Origin: a virus
Virus record (IMG/VR): IMGVR_UViG_3300031539_000002
DNA length: 64,000 nt
Strand: one strand, 5' to 3'
Shown here piece after piece: positions 26,301 to 35,567 of the stretch (its first letter is position 1; every line of letters starts with the position of its first letter). A program made the position numbers and the translations under genes. Below the pieces are notes generated by a model. The model made no database searches. It worked only from the letters and a program-made list of their open reading frames with translations, and had not been told where the DNA came from.

Positions 26301-26717
26301 ATGACAGACACCTGGACGAGGGGCGTTCACTCCGACCACACGACCTTTGTGATGGAGGTTTACGTGCGCCGCGACAAGGGCGGAAAGGTCTCGAGCTACC
26401 GCGCGCTCCAGAGCCCCGAGGATCACCAAGTGGCTCAGACCATGGAGGGATCGCACGGAATGGTGGAGGGATCTTGGGCTCTTCTCACGGAGGCGGCCCG
26501 TGCAGAGCTCATGTTGCAGCTTTTAGTGAAACTCTCCAACGACCCTGAATTCAAAGAGAAACTGCTGTCTGGAGACAAGATTGACGAAGGCTTGCTCGGA
26601 AGTTTGTCGAAAGATACGCTACAACAGATGACGAAAGGGCTCGAGGAGCTTTTGCCGCATCTTGCGCGGGAAGCGGCCGAGACCGTGAAGCATGGACTCC
26701 GAAACGAAACTGAGTAG
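26301..26717 (+). CDS. Hypothetical protein
   Basis: 138-aa ORF. Confidence 0.65.
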   Translation: MTDTWTRGVHSDHTTFVMEVYVRRDKGGKVSSYRALQSPEDHQVAQTMEGSHGMVEGSWALLTEAARAELMLQLLVKLSNDPEFKEKLLSGDKIDEGLLGSLSKDTLQQMTKGLEELLPHLAREAAETVKHGLRNETE

Positions 26718-26973
26718 AAGAGGGGAGGACCCCTCCTCTATGCTTGAGGTCATTCGAGAGAAACTGCGTCCGCTGTTCCTGCGGAAGTTCCGCGTCTCCA
26801 AACGTGGGGCGCTCGACAATGCGGTCAAGGCAGGTATGACACCGCGCGAACGCAAACTCTACCTCTCAGGGTTTGAGCACGGGTGGATGCAGGGAGCTGT
26901 TGATGCCACCACGGTGAAGGCTAAAGATCTTCATCCTCAGGCTCCAGATCCTGAGGAGCCCCCGGTCCACTAG
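26692..26973 (+). CDS. Hypothetical protein
   Basis: 93-aa ORF; start uncertain. Confidence 0.5.
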   Translation: MDSETKLSRRGEDPSSMLEVIREKLRPLFLRKFRVSKRGALDNAVKAGMTPRERKLYLSGFEHGWMQGAVDATTVKAKDLHPQAPDPEEPPVH

Positions 26974-27472
26974 CGTCGCCGTCGAGCAGCTTCTGGAGCC
27001 GTTTGCCGGGTCGCAATCGAGCTTGAAGACGTTCAGGTGAGAAGGTCCAGCGCCCTTGCGGGTCCTTCACTCGCTTGCGTTTCCGACGAACCATCTTGAT
27101 GACGCCGAGATACGTTTTGACCTGTTCGCCTTCTTCGCACTCCATGAGTACGTCGGGCAAGAACCGGAGCACTCTGCGTACGCTCTCCTCATCAACACCG
27201 GGATCGTAGAGCTCCCAAGCTACATCGCTATCGCTGACCGGGAAGGAGTCTGCGACGTGAATCTCGGAGCCCGAAATGCGCACGACTTGGTACGTGCCAC
27301 GCGCGTCACCCTCGGTGATTTTTAGCCAACCGATCTGCGTGTCGAAAACTTCACGAACATCGATCTCCGCTACGAAGATGGTGGAACTTTGATCGAACTT
27401 GCCACCCCTTCCCCGCGTTACCAGAGTCCGGCTGACCTCGGCGATCCGGGCAACGAGCTTGGCGTACAGCAT
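26921..27472 (-). CDS. HU/IHF-like DNA-binding protein with an inserted domain
   Basis: MLYAKLVARIAE (helix 1)…GVDEESVRRVL…GEQVKTYLGVIKMVRRKRKRVKDPQG…ARLRPGKRLQKLL. Confidence 0.7.
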   Translation of the reverse strand: MLYAKLVARIAEVSRTLVTRGRGGKFDQSSTIFVAEIDVREVFDTQIGWLKITEGDARGTYQVVRISGSEIHVADSFPVSDSDVAWELYDPGVDEESVRRVLRFLPDVLMECEEGEQVKTYLGVIKMVRRKRKRVKDPQGRWTFSPERLQARLRPGKRLQKLLDGDASGPGAPQDLEPEDEDL

Positions 27473-27496
27473 TTAGCCACTCTCAAAGGGCTTCCA

Positions 27497-27547
27497 ATAG
27501 ACGCGAAACCGGGCCGTTATCCCGTCTATGGGTTCCCCTTCGGTAGG
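27497..27547. promoter_or_regulatory. Back-to-back pair of the candidate phage promoter motif
   Basis: Minus strand GGTTTCGCGTCTAT (27510-27497) facing the HU gene; plus strand GTTATCCCGTCTAT (27516-29)-N13-GTAGG. Confidence 0.55.
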
Positions 27548-27563
27548 CAACGGGGACCCGACA

Positions 27564-27848
27564 ATGGATCATACCGACTTCAAGAAGGCCCTCCGAGAGC
27601 TCTGTGAGCGCCGGCCAGACTTTCGGAAAAAGCTGGCTGCTGAGGTTCGGACCGTTCGTGAAGCCTCCATTCACGACGACTACATGAGCTGGCAAGCCCT
27701 CCACAAGCTGACGGATCGCGCTCCGCAGATTCTCGAACTCCTCGCGGAGAAGGGTGAAGACCTCGAGGATTGGCAAGAGACGAAGGTGCAGCTCGCCGCC
27801 GAATACCTCGATGCGGTCTACGACTCCCTCGCTTACGGCCCCGACTGA
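27564..27848 (+). CDS. Small helical phage protein (putative virion component)
   Basis: N-terminal hairpin module (KALRELCERRPDFRKKL), then LEDWQETKVQLAAEYLDAV. Confidence 0.7.
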   Translation: MDHTDFKKALRELCERRPDFRKKLAAEVRTVREASIHDDYMSWQALHKLTDRAPQILELLAEKGEDLEDWQETKVQLAAEYLDAVYDSLAYGPD

Positions 27849-27857
27849 GAGCACCTG

Positions 27858-28664
27858 ATGGACCGTAGTGCCAGGGCCAATGTCGATCCGGTTCGTCAGC
27901 GCACGCAGTACACCTGCATGAGCGCAAGCATGTGCATGGCTTTGCGTGCGCTCGGGATGGACTGCACGGAAGACGAGGTCAACAAGGTCATGGGTGCGCG
28001 GCCGATGAAGGGTGCCGCGTGGGAGCATGCCTTGGCTTGCGGGCAGCACTATGGGATGCGTTGCACTTTGACCGTGCCCTCGACCGTCAAGCAGCTCAAA
28101 GAGTGGACCGACCGCGGCATCCCCGTGATGATCGCCTGGAACCCCGAGGGCCGTCCTTGGTCTCACGCATCGCTTGTCTTCGATGTCGAAGATGACGGCA
28201 CGGTTCATGTTGCGGACCCGAACATCCCCGATCCTGATCGGACGGTTCGCGTGGTCCCCAAATCCGAGTTCTACAACAAGTGGTATGAGAAGTGGCCCGA
28301 CTACATGGTGCGCCGCCCGGCGATGGCTGTGGAGCGCGAGGTGACGAGCGATGGGCGGCAGGTCATGGCCTCTGATTGCCGCCGGCTTGTGGCGTCGCAC
28401 GGAACCGAAGCTCGGGAAGCTGTTGAAGCCTACGTGCAGGCGGTGTCTGATCTCGAGGCGACGGCCGACATGGTCGTGGTCGCTACCAACAAGATGCGTT
28501 CGCTTGGTCTTGAGCCCAGGGACGATGACTACCCGTTCACGGAGGACATCGAAGTCGTTGCCTCCGACATTTACCGCTGGCGTGGCGAAGTGGACCGCCG
28601 CTACCCTACGCATATCGCCAAGATGGCGAGCCGCGTCGCTCAGCGCTACATGAGGAAAAAGTGA
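27858..28664 (+). CDS. C39-like (papain-fold) cysteine peptidase
   Basis: QRTQYTC (Gln/Cys), WSHASLV (His), VHVADP (Asp). Confidence 0.8.
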   Translation: MDRSARANVDPVRQRTQYTCMSASMCMALRALGMDCTEDEVNKVMGARPMKGAAWEHALACGQHYGMRCTLTVPSTVKQLKEWTDRGIPVMIAWNPEGRPWSHASLVFDVEDDGTVHVADPNIPDPDRTVRVVPKSEFYNKWYEKWPDYMVRRPAMAVEREVTSDGRQVMASDCRRLVASHGTEAREAVEAYVQAVSDLEATADMVVVATNKMRSLGLEPRDDDYPFTEDIEVVASDIYRWRGEVDRRYPTHIAKMASRVAQRYMRKK

Positions 28665-29194
28665 TGCCAGCTCAATACGCACATCTCGATGGAAGGCGCT
28701 ACGTCAACGCGGATTTCGTGGGCAAGGTCCGCGAGCACTACCCCGCCACCACGAAGAAGATCCCGCTTGGGTACTCGACGTACACGGGCTGGACGGGCAA
28801 GGACGAGGTGCTCTTCACCGAGCACCAGCCGCTTGACGATCTCGCGCACTTGGCCGGCCAGCTCTACGAAGTCACCTTCGACCCGTCGCACCCTGAGTGC
28901 TTCGAGGAGGACATCCTTGGCCGGGTGAGCCACACGACCGTCGAGAAGCAGGCGTCTCCTGCTGAGGGCTCCAGGGCCCGCACGGGGAGTGAAGTGACGC
29001 TCGAGCAGCGGTGGGGCGGCACGTTGGGGGATGCGCAGGGTCGGGTCGCTGCGAGGAAGCAGCGTGAGGACCAATTGCGTCGTCGCCGGGCCTTCCTCGC
29101 TGGGATTCTGGAAGAGCGCAAACGAGTCACGGCAGCCGGGGAAGCCCCGACTACCGTGAATGAGTGGCTCGCGTGGGACGCTAGCGGAGAATAA
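28661..29194 (+). CDS. Hypothetical protein
   Basis: 177-aa ORF coupled to the peptidase stop. Confidence 0.6.
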   Translation: MMPAQYAHLDGRRYVNADFVGKVREHYPATTKKIPLGYSTYTGWTGKDEVLFTEHQPLDDLAHLAGQLYEVTFDPSHPECFEEDILGRVSHTTVEKQASPAEGSRARTGSEVTLEQRWGGTLGDAQGRVAARKQREDQLRRRRAFLAGILEERKRVTAAGEAPTTVNEWLAWDASGE

Positions 29195-30500
29195 CGTCGT
29201 CGAAGTCGCCCTCTTCCCGAGCACGCAGCATCACGTCGCGCACACGGTTGAGGGAAACGGTGACTTCGCGTTCGTCAGTGAGACCATGAGCCTCCGCGAT
29301 TTCTCGCACGGTCATCTCTTTGACGAACCGCTCCACCATGAGTTCGTGATGGAACTCGGGGTCAAGGTCGGGGTCGATTTCGTCCCTGATGATCTCGGCC
29401 ACGCGTCCAAGCACGTCTTGGAAGGAATTCTCGTTCATGATGGTGGTTTCGACATCCGCGAAAGCATGGTCGTCACGCAGGTTGTCGATGGGGTCCCCCA
29501 CGAAGTCGTCCTCGCTGTGCTCCGCGTAGGAGTTCACGGAGAGATTCTCGGACTCGTTGATGCTCCTCGGGATCACGACCTCGGTCCAGTTGGAGGGGTC
29601 GTACTGCCCGATCTCTTTCTTCGTCAGGGCGCCGTGGAAGGTGCGACAGACGGGTTCGCGCCCTTCGTTGCGGATGTCGGTGTAGGCCCCGCGACGGGCC
29701 CATGCTTGGACCTGTGACGGTGGGATCGACTTCCCGGCTTCGATGCGTCCGCGCAGACCGTCGCGCTGCATGATGCGCTCAAGCCAGTTCATGGCGTGGT
29801 CTTCGACCTTCCCGAATTCCTCGGAACGGGGCATCTTGCGGCGCAGGTGCAGCGTGATGCGGCCCCACATCGTGTCCCAACGGTCCCCGAAGAATTGGGC
29901 CGTCTGGTTGGGGCCTGCGGAGAGCACGATCTTGCCTTCGTACTTCTCCTTGAGGAGCTTGGCCTTCTTGACGCCGAGTTCAGTGAGGGCCCATTCGCCG
30001 CGGCCGCTGAGCTGGCTCATCTGCGCTTTGAGGTCTGTGAGGCGTTCCCGACGTTTCTTGCTCAGGTTTGCGGTGTTGCGCTTGATCTTGGCACGGACCC
30101 GCTGCTTCTCTTTGGGGGCTTCGTTGGGGTCGCGCAAGGTCGAGGCTTCGGTCTGAGTGACCCCCAACAGCCGGTAGCATGCTTCCTCAAGACGATCGAG
30201 CTCGGGGAGCATCGGCTTCGCACAGAGGGCGTCGCTGTCGGGTCGGTATTGCCTGGTCTGGTGGTACCAAGCAAAATGGACGACCCGATACAGGCCGTCC
30301 CGACTTTTGGAAGAGCGCGACTTGAGGGGCCACGGGCAGTCAGCAGGATCGATCCCGGCGAGCCGTAGCACGTCGTCTTGCACTGCCTCGTGGGGGACAC
30401 CAACGTAGGCTTTGAAGCCTGTCAGCTTGCCCAAGAGGTAGAGCATGGGTTCGTAGAAGGAGGATTCCTTGGGACGTGGTCCCAGAGCAGTGTGCGTCAT
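29181..30500 (-). CDS. Sigma70/ECF-like factor fused to an N-terminal Mrr-N-like winged helix
   Basis: Region-2-like VEDHAMNWLE…AWARRGAYTDIR; region-4 HTH RFVKEMTVREIAEAHGL…VSLNRVR; RGEWALTELG. Confidence 0.65.
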   Translation of the reverse strand: MTHTALGPRPKESSFYEPMLYLLGKLTGFKAYVGVPHEAVQDDVLRLAGIDPADCPWPLKSRSSKSRDGLYRVVHFAWYHQTRQYRPDSDALCAKPMLPELDRLEEACYRLLGVTQTEASTLRDPNEAPKEKQRVRAKIKRNTANLSKKRRERLTDLKAQMSQLSGRGEWALTELGVKKAKLLKEKYEGKIVLSAGPNQTAQFFGDRWDTMWGRITLHLRRKMPRSEEFGKVEDHAMNWLERIMQRDGLRGRIEAGKSIPPSQVQAWARRGAYTDIRNEGREPVCRTFHGALTKKEIGQYDPSNWTEVVIPRSINESENLSVNSYAEHSEDDFVGDPIDNLRDDHAFADVETTIMNENSFQDVLGRVAEIIRDEIDPDLDPEFHHELMVERFVKEMTVREIAEAHGLTDEREVTVSLNRVRDVMLRAREEGDFDDVILR

Positions 30501-30613
30501 TTTGATGTCCTTGCTTGGGCGCTCAGCGCCGCAGCTAAGTGGGTTCTCGGCTTGGAATGCTCGGGGTCCGAGACGTGCCGGTGTAGGCGAGTCGGATGGA
30601 CTTGAGCCCTCCT

Positions 30614-30642
30614 TTTCTAGGTGAGGTACGGAGGGGTGTCAA
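30614..30642 (-). promoter_or_regulatory. sigma70-type promoter for the sigma-like gene
   Basis: TTGACA-N17-TAGAAA on the minus strand. Confidence 0.5.
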
Positions 30643-30760
30643 GATTTACAGGAACTCGGGTGCAAGACGATGTTTGCGTCGTCATGACGGGGAGTTGGGG
30701 GCCTATAGCTCAACTATTGCAAGCAACGGCCCACGAGATTTTCTCTGTGGAAAGCTCTGG

Positions 30761-30792
30761 GGGAGATCTCTTCGTCGGGATCTCCCATTTTC
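30761..30792 (+). terminator. Possible intrinsic terminator hairpin
   Basis: GGGAGATCTC-TTCGTC-GGGATCTCCC followed by ATTTTC. Confidence 0.4.
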
Positions 30793-30818
30793 CCTTCTAT
30801 CGGCGCCACTCAGGTGAG
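30787..30818 (+). promoter_or_regulatory. Candidate phage-specific promoter motif
   Basis: ATTTTCCCTTCTAT-N13-GTGAG, upstream of ATG 30842. Confidence 0.5.
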
Positions 30819-30841
30819 GCCAAGCCTCGGGAAACGGCCGC

Positions 30842-32131
30842 ATGCCCACCACAGAACGAGAAATTGTGCTGCGCTGGATCGCCTCCGCGGTGGCGGGTCG
30901 ATTCCTTGCGGCCTCGGTCGGGAAAGTGGCGGCCTGGAACATGGACATGCTCGCGCGTCTCAGCGTCCTTGAAGGGGCCGCGGGGGTCTCTCCGGGAACG
31001 TGGCTTCGGAAAAAGGCGGCCGGTTTTGGTGCGGCCCTTGACTACTTCGGACCGAAGCTCCCTGCCGCGTGGACCACGACTCAAGATCAGGGGCTCTACA
31101 ACAAAGCGTTGGCGACGGCGACCCGAGCCCTCCGGTCAGCGCAGGGCACCGACGCCACGGATCTCGTGCAGGACATGGTGTCGGGATCGAACACAAGTTC
31201 GGGGCCTGCGCGAACTCGGGTTTTCTACTCGGTGGGGGCGGCCCTCCGAAAGTACGAGACCGATCTGATCGCCGGCCAGATGACCCCGGACCACCGGCGC
31301 GTCAAGGGTGTCATCGACAAGTGGGTGACTCGAGCCGCGCTCGACGTGCTGTTGTCGCAGAAGGAGCAGAGGCACCATCAAGTGCGGCCGGATGCTCGCA
31401 GCCCCCTCCAAACCCATTCGGTAAAAGAGCTTGACGACGATGAGCGCAGCAACTTGATGCTCTTGGCGCTCCAGAGCCCAGGGGGGCCCGGGGCTGAGGT
31501 GCGTCGCATCATCGACCACGAAATCGACCGCGCCTTCACGAAGGCGGATCGAGCCATCGTCCGCGCTTTCCTCGAGAAGATTGCACAGCCCAAGTACCGG
31601 TCCACTGCGGAGATGAAGCGCCTGGTCTCTCGGTTCAACCCCGCCAAGTGGTTCACCCAAGCGTATGGCCTGGTCCGTAGGGACATCATGGACGAGCTTG
31701 GTGTTTCGGCTCAGCAGCTCACCAACGCGCTCGGTGGCAACGCCAAGAACGTGTTCAGGTTCATGCGCGAGAAGGTCGGCAAGAACTCGAGGGTGCAGAA
31801 GATCATATTGGAGCTTGCGGACCAGATCGAAATCCTCGAGCCCGGTGTTTCTCGCATGGCGCAAGCCTCTCCCGAGAAGGACGAGGAGCCCAAGATGCGC
31901 CACTCGGTCTTGCGCCGCTGGCTTGAAAACAAAGAGCGCGAAGCCAACCTGTCCTCAGGCAACGCTTTCGCCACCCACCACGAAGGCCCCGACGATCACG
32001 GTGTCCAGGACCAATTCGAGATGAACGAACACATGGACTGGTCCACGCAAGTCGGACCCCATACGCAGCACGGTCGAGGGCCGTCTCCTCTGCGCGTGGC
32101 CTCGGCTTGGATGGAGGCTCAAGACGCGTGA
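30842..32131 (+). CDS. Hypothetical protein, possibly a divergent sigma-like factor
   Basis: DATDLVQD and KWVTRAALDVL resemble ECF region 2; IMDELGVSAQQLTNAL is HTH-like. Confidence 0.6.
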   Translation: MPTTEREIVLRWIASAVAGRFLAASVGKVAAWNMDMLARLSVLEGAAGVSPGTWLRKKAAGFGAALDYFGPKLPAAWTTTQDQGLYNKALATATRALRSAQGTDATDLVQDMVSGSNTSSGPARTRVFYSVGAALRKYETDLIAGQMTPDHRRVKGVIDKWVTRAALDVLLSQKEQRHHQVRPDARSPLQTHSVKELDDDERSNLMLLALQSPGGPGAEVRRIIDHEIDRAFTKADRAIVRAFLEKIAQPKYRSTAEMKRLVSRFNPAKWFTQAYGLVRRDIMDELGVSAQQLTNALGGNAKNVFRFMREKVGKNSRVQKIILELADQIEILEPGVSRMAQASPEKDEEPKMRHSVLRRWLENKEREANLSSGNAFATHHEGPDDHGVQDQFEMNEHMDWSTQVGPHTQHGRGPSPLRVASAWMEAQDA

Positions 32132-35100
32132 GACTCTTGGCGCATTCTCATCGGGTAGCACTTCGTCGTCCCGAGTCCCTTGCGGCGATCCGACCCCTCT
32201 TGATCGAGGCGGCTGTGTTGTTGCGCGTGGGCAAGGAGCCCGGGGTCAGCACGGACCCGGAGTTTGCGCAGTGGGTCGAGAAGCAGAAGTTCCGGTCGCA
32301 GGCTGGGAATGATGTGCAGTTCAAAAGCCTCCCCGTAGAGGAGCAGGCCAAGATCCGTGCGCGATGGCAGCAGGCTAAGCAGGAGCAAGGGCAACAGCAA
32401 GAACCGAAGAGTCAAAAATGGGACGGACTTGCGCGAGAAGAGTCCAAGGCATTCGGAAAATGGCTCGGCCAACAGGGAGCTGACTCGGAATCTCTCTGGA
32501 GTTCCCCCGGCAATCGGCCGGCGAAAAAGGAGATCTGGCGCAATTTCCAAAAAGACCGAAATCGGACACCCACCGTCTCCGAACAAATGGCAGAGCAGCG
32601 CAAACGGGAGGAAAACAAGACCCCCGAGGAGCGTGAAAAGGAAAAGGCTCAAGGTGAAAAGAAGGAGCAAGAAGGTGCCGCCAAACGCAAAAAGCTCCAA
32701 GAAATGTCCCCGAACGATCGCCCTCAAAAGTGGGTGAGCGTCGATAACGGAAACTCGATGTGGCATCGAGGAGAGATCGGCGACGACGCGAAAGTCAAAG
32801 ACTCTAAAATCGTGGGCACCATTGACGGGTCAGCAACCGTTGAGACGTCCCGAGTGGGCGCTCGAGCCCGTGTCGGCGGGGAAGCGCAGGTTCGCGGGTC
32901 CGACATCGACAGCGGCGTCGTTGAAGACAATGCCAGAGTCACCGGCTGTGAGGTTGGAGGGGGGGCCCGTGTCCGAGGTGACAGTGACATCAGCGATGCC
33001 AAGATTCGTGGAGGAACTTGGGATGGAGTTCAACTCAAGGGGCGCGGAGGCATCTACCACGACTCCTACGACCCGAAGACGCTGGAAACCCTCAGCGGGG
33101 TTCGTGGCAACCCGAGCCCCGGCGATGGGCCTCTTCGCGCAATGGAGCGCTACTTTGCGGACGGTGGTCGTACGAAGGGGTGGCTCGGAGGAGACTACGA
33201 CCGCAAAAAGCTCCAGCGGAAGATTCAGGAGCACACTTACGATCGGTACGATCGCAAAGACCCGTGGCTTGGTCGCGGGGCGAGTTTCATCGATCAGCTC
33301 GACGATGAAGGGTTCGACCATCTCATGGGGGTGGCGCAACGCAGGGCCGACGAGAGCCAAACTAAGAAGAGAAGGAAAAAAGCAATGCTGTACCAACTGA
33401 CCAAGACGGCGCTTGAGCATCCCGAATTTCGTGAAGGCCTCTTGCCCCTTGTGAAGCTTGGCAAAGATGTGCGAACGGCTTCGGGAGGAGCCAACCTGCG
33501 CCAGGCCGTCATCCGAACTGCTTTTGAAGCAACCGATCCCGAGTTCAAAACTCTCCTCGTCCGCTGTGTGATGGCGGCTGACCGGGCCCCTGAGCCGTCC
33601 AAGAAGGTGGCTCAAACAACTGCCCTGTCGGCTGCGGAGCGCAAGCGTCTTGTGCGGGTGGCCTACGAGTCCAAGGACTCCGCAGCACGCAAAGAAATCC
33701 TCGAGCAGATCAAAACTGCGGATGCCCGTCATGACGAGCTGATCGAGGCGAACCTGGTCGAGAACGACTCCTGGGAAGGCCCTCTGGCCATCGAAGCGTC
33801 CGAGTACAAAACTCTCGTTCGTGTCGCCTACAGCACCAAGGATCTCGGCCGTCGTCGAGAGATTCTCGGACTCCTCAAGGAGGCCAAGTACAGCCCTGGC
33901 TTCATGAAGTACGTCGAGAAGCAGCAGTGGAAACACCCCGAGACGGGCAACATGGTCCAGTTCGTTTCGCTGCCTCCCAAGGAGCAGAAGAAGATCCACG
34001 AACAGTGGAAGGCGGGCAAGAAGGACTGGGCCCAGAAGTTCAAGCCCGACGGTCTCGGTGAGGAGACGGAGTTGAGTCCCGAGAAGTTCGATGACCTCAA
34101 GCCCGGCGACCGTCTGTGGATCTCTTGGGCCCCGCACGTCGAACACAAGGTCACTGGCTTCAACAAGACCAAGACGGGCAAACCCGTCCTCGAGATGGTC
34201 ATGGTGAACCCGGAGACGGGTGAGGAAGGCGAGGAGCGATACATGCACCGTTCCTCCGCTGGCAACCCGAAGCACGACATCCACATCCTGCCCGAAGGCG
34301 CCAAGCCCAAGGACCCCGCCAAAACCGAAGATGCTAAGGCTGAGGCGCCCAAGGAAGAGCCCAAGGCCGAAACTCCAAAGTCTGCGATTCCGGCCGCGGC
34401 AAAAGAGAGCCTCGAGATCATGCACGCGAATGCAGGGTCGTGGATGAATGCGCCCGGAATGCCGGGGTACGGGGCTAGCTTCAGTGCCGAGGATGCTCCT
34501 TTCTCGGAGGGGGACATCATTGAAATTGAAGAGGGCGGCTATCCCCCCATCAAGTACAAGGTCCAGGCTGGCAAACTCGTGGTCGGACCCAACGGCAGCG
34601 CCATGATGGCCACACCTCTGCCTGGGCAAAAGGTCGAAGGGACCACACTCATCCCGATCGGCGGTAAATATGAGCCCCAGAAGATGAAGGGATTTGATGA
34701 ATCTGGGAAACCTAAACCCGCAAAGATTCCTTCGAGTGCCAAGCCCATGAAGAGTGCGGAGATCGGCCCCGGGGATACTGTCTACCTGAACGGCAAACCC
34801 TACGAAGTTCTGACCTCGAAACCCAACCCCAATGCTCACGGTGACATTTTTGAGCTCAAAAACGGCCCTGACTCCGCGAGCATCTTGGCTCTCGATGGCC
34901 CCAAGGACTCAAAAGGATCGGCTTTCGTCACCCAAGGCAAAAAGCCAGAGAAGGTCAAGGAGCCAGAGAAGGCCAAGGAGCCCGAGAAGACCGAGGCCCC
35001 CAAGGCCATGAAGCACAAGGACCGCAAGGAGCTCCGTGGGGTTCCCAAGCCGGATTCCGACAAGGTCAAGCTCACCGCGAAGGTCAAGCAGGGGTTCACC

Positions 35101-35565
35101 CCTGATGGGCTCAGCGACGAGGCCAAGAAGGCCACCGAGGCTGGCTTCAAGGGTCTCACCTACGGCGGCCTCAAGCAGCTTGCTACCAACGTCCAAGCGG
35201 CTGTGGACGACCCCGAGGGAGCCTACGCGAAGGCGCTCGCCGGAAGCGGCTACTCCCCCGGTGACCTGTCCGAGATGCACAAGACCATCAAGACCCTCAT
35301 GCGAGGGGCTGAAGGTCGCAAGTACACGCAGCCGGTGCTCGACATCGCCAACAAGTACGACCTTGAGTCCGAGGATGCGGACGAGCTGTACGATTTCAAA
35401 GACGACAAGCCGGGGCGCGGCAAGAAGCTGACGGACCAACAACTGTTCGACAAGTTCCTTGCCAAGGCCAAGCCAGAAACTCGGGAGCGCATGCAAGGCA
35501 TGAACCTGAAAGACTTCATGATCATGTACGCCTCGATCATGGATGAGGAAGACGAAGAGGTTTGA
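32128..35565 (+). CDS. Large modular protein (putative head-internal polyprotein)
   Basis: GTGA-coupled start; two xGNxVxFxSLP modules, hexapeptide beta-helix segment, several helical hairpins, C-terminal domain paralogous to that of the next gene. Confidence 0.8.
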   Translation: MRLLAHSHRVALRRPESLAAIRPLLIEAAVLLRVGKEPGVSTDPEFAQWVEKQKFRSQAGNDVQFKSLPVEEQAKIRARWQQAKQEQGQQQEPKSQKWDGLAREESKAFGKWLGQQGADSESLWSSPGNRPAKKEIWRNFQKDRNRTPTVSEQMAEQRKREENKTPEEREKEKAQGEKKEQEGAAKRKKLQEMSPNDRPQKWVSVDNGNSMWHRGEIGDDAKVKDSKIVGTIDGSATVETSRVGARARVGGEAQVRGSDIDSGVVEDNARVTGCEVGGGARVRGDSDISDAKIRGGTWDGVQLKGRGGIYHDSYDPKTLETLSGVRGNPSPGDGPLRAMERYFADGGRTKGWLGGDYDRKKLQRKIQEHTYDRYDRKDPWLGRGASFIDQLDDEGFDHLMGVAQRRADESQTKKRRKKAMLYQLTKTALEHPEFREGLLPLVKLGKDVRTASGGANLRQAVIRTAFEATDPEFKTLLVRCVMAADRAPEPSKKVAQTTALSAAERKRLVRVAYESKDSAARKEILEQIKTADARHDELIEANLVENDSWEGPLAIEASEYKTLVRVAYSTKDLGRRREILGLLKEAKYSPGFMKYVEKQQWKHPETGNMVQFVSLPPKEQKKIHEQWKAGKKDWAQKFKPDGLGEETELSPEKFDDLKPGDRLWISWAPHVEHKVTGFNKTKTGKPVLEMVMVNPETGEEGEERYMHRSSAGNPKHDIHILPEGAKPKDPAKTEDAKAEAPKEEPKAETPKSAIPAAAKESLEIMHANAGSWMNAPGMPGYGASFSAEDAPFSEGDIIEIEEGGYPPIKYKVQAGKLVVGPNGSAMMATPLPGQKVEGTTLIPIGGKYEPQKMKGFDESGKPKPAKIPSSAKPMKSAEIGPGDTVYLNGKPYEVLTSKPNPNAHGDIFELKNGPDSASILALDGPKDSKGSAFVTQGKKPEKVKEPEKAKEPEKTEAPKAMKHKDRKELRGVPKPDSDKVKLTAKVKQGFTPDGLSDEAKKATEAGFKGLTYGGLKQLATNVQAAVDDPEGAYAKALAGSGYSPGDLSEMHKTIKTLMRGAEGRKYTQPVLDIANKYDLESEDADELYDFKDDKPGRGKKLTDQQLFDKFLAKAKPETRERMQGMNLKDFMIMYASIMDEEDEEV

Positions 35566-35567
35566 TC

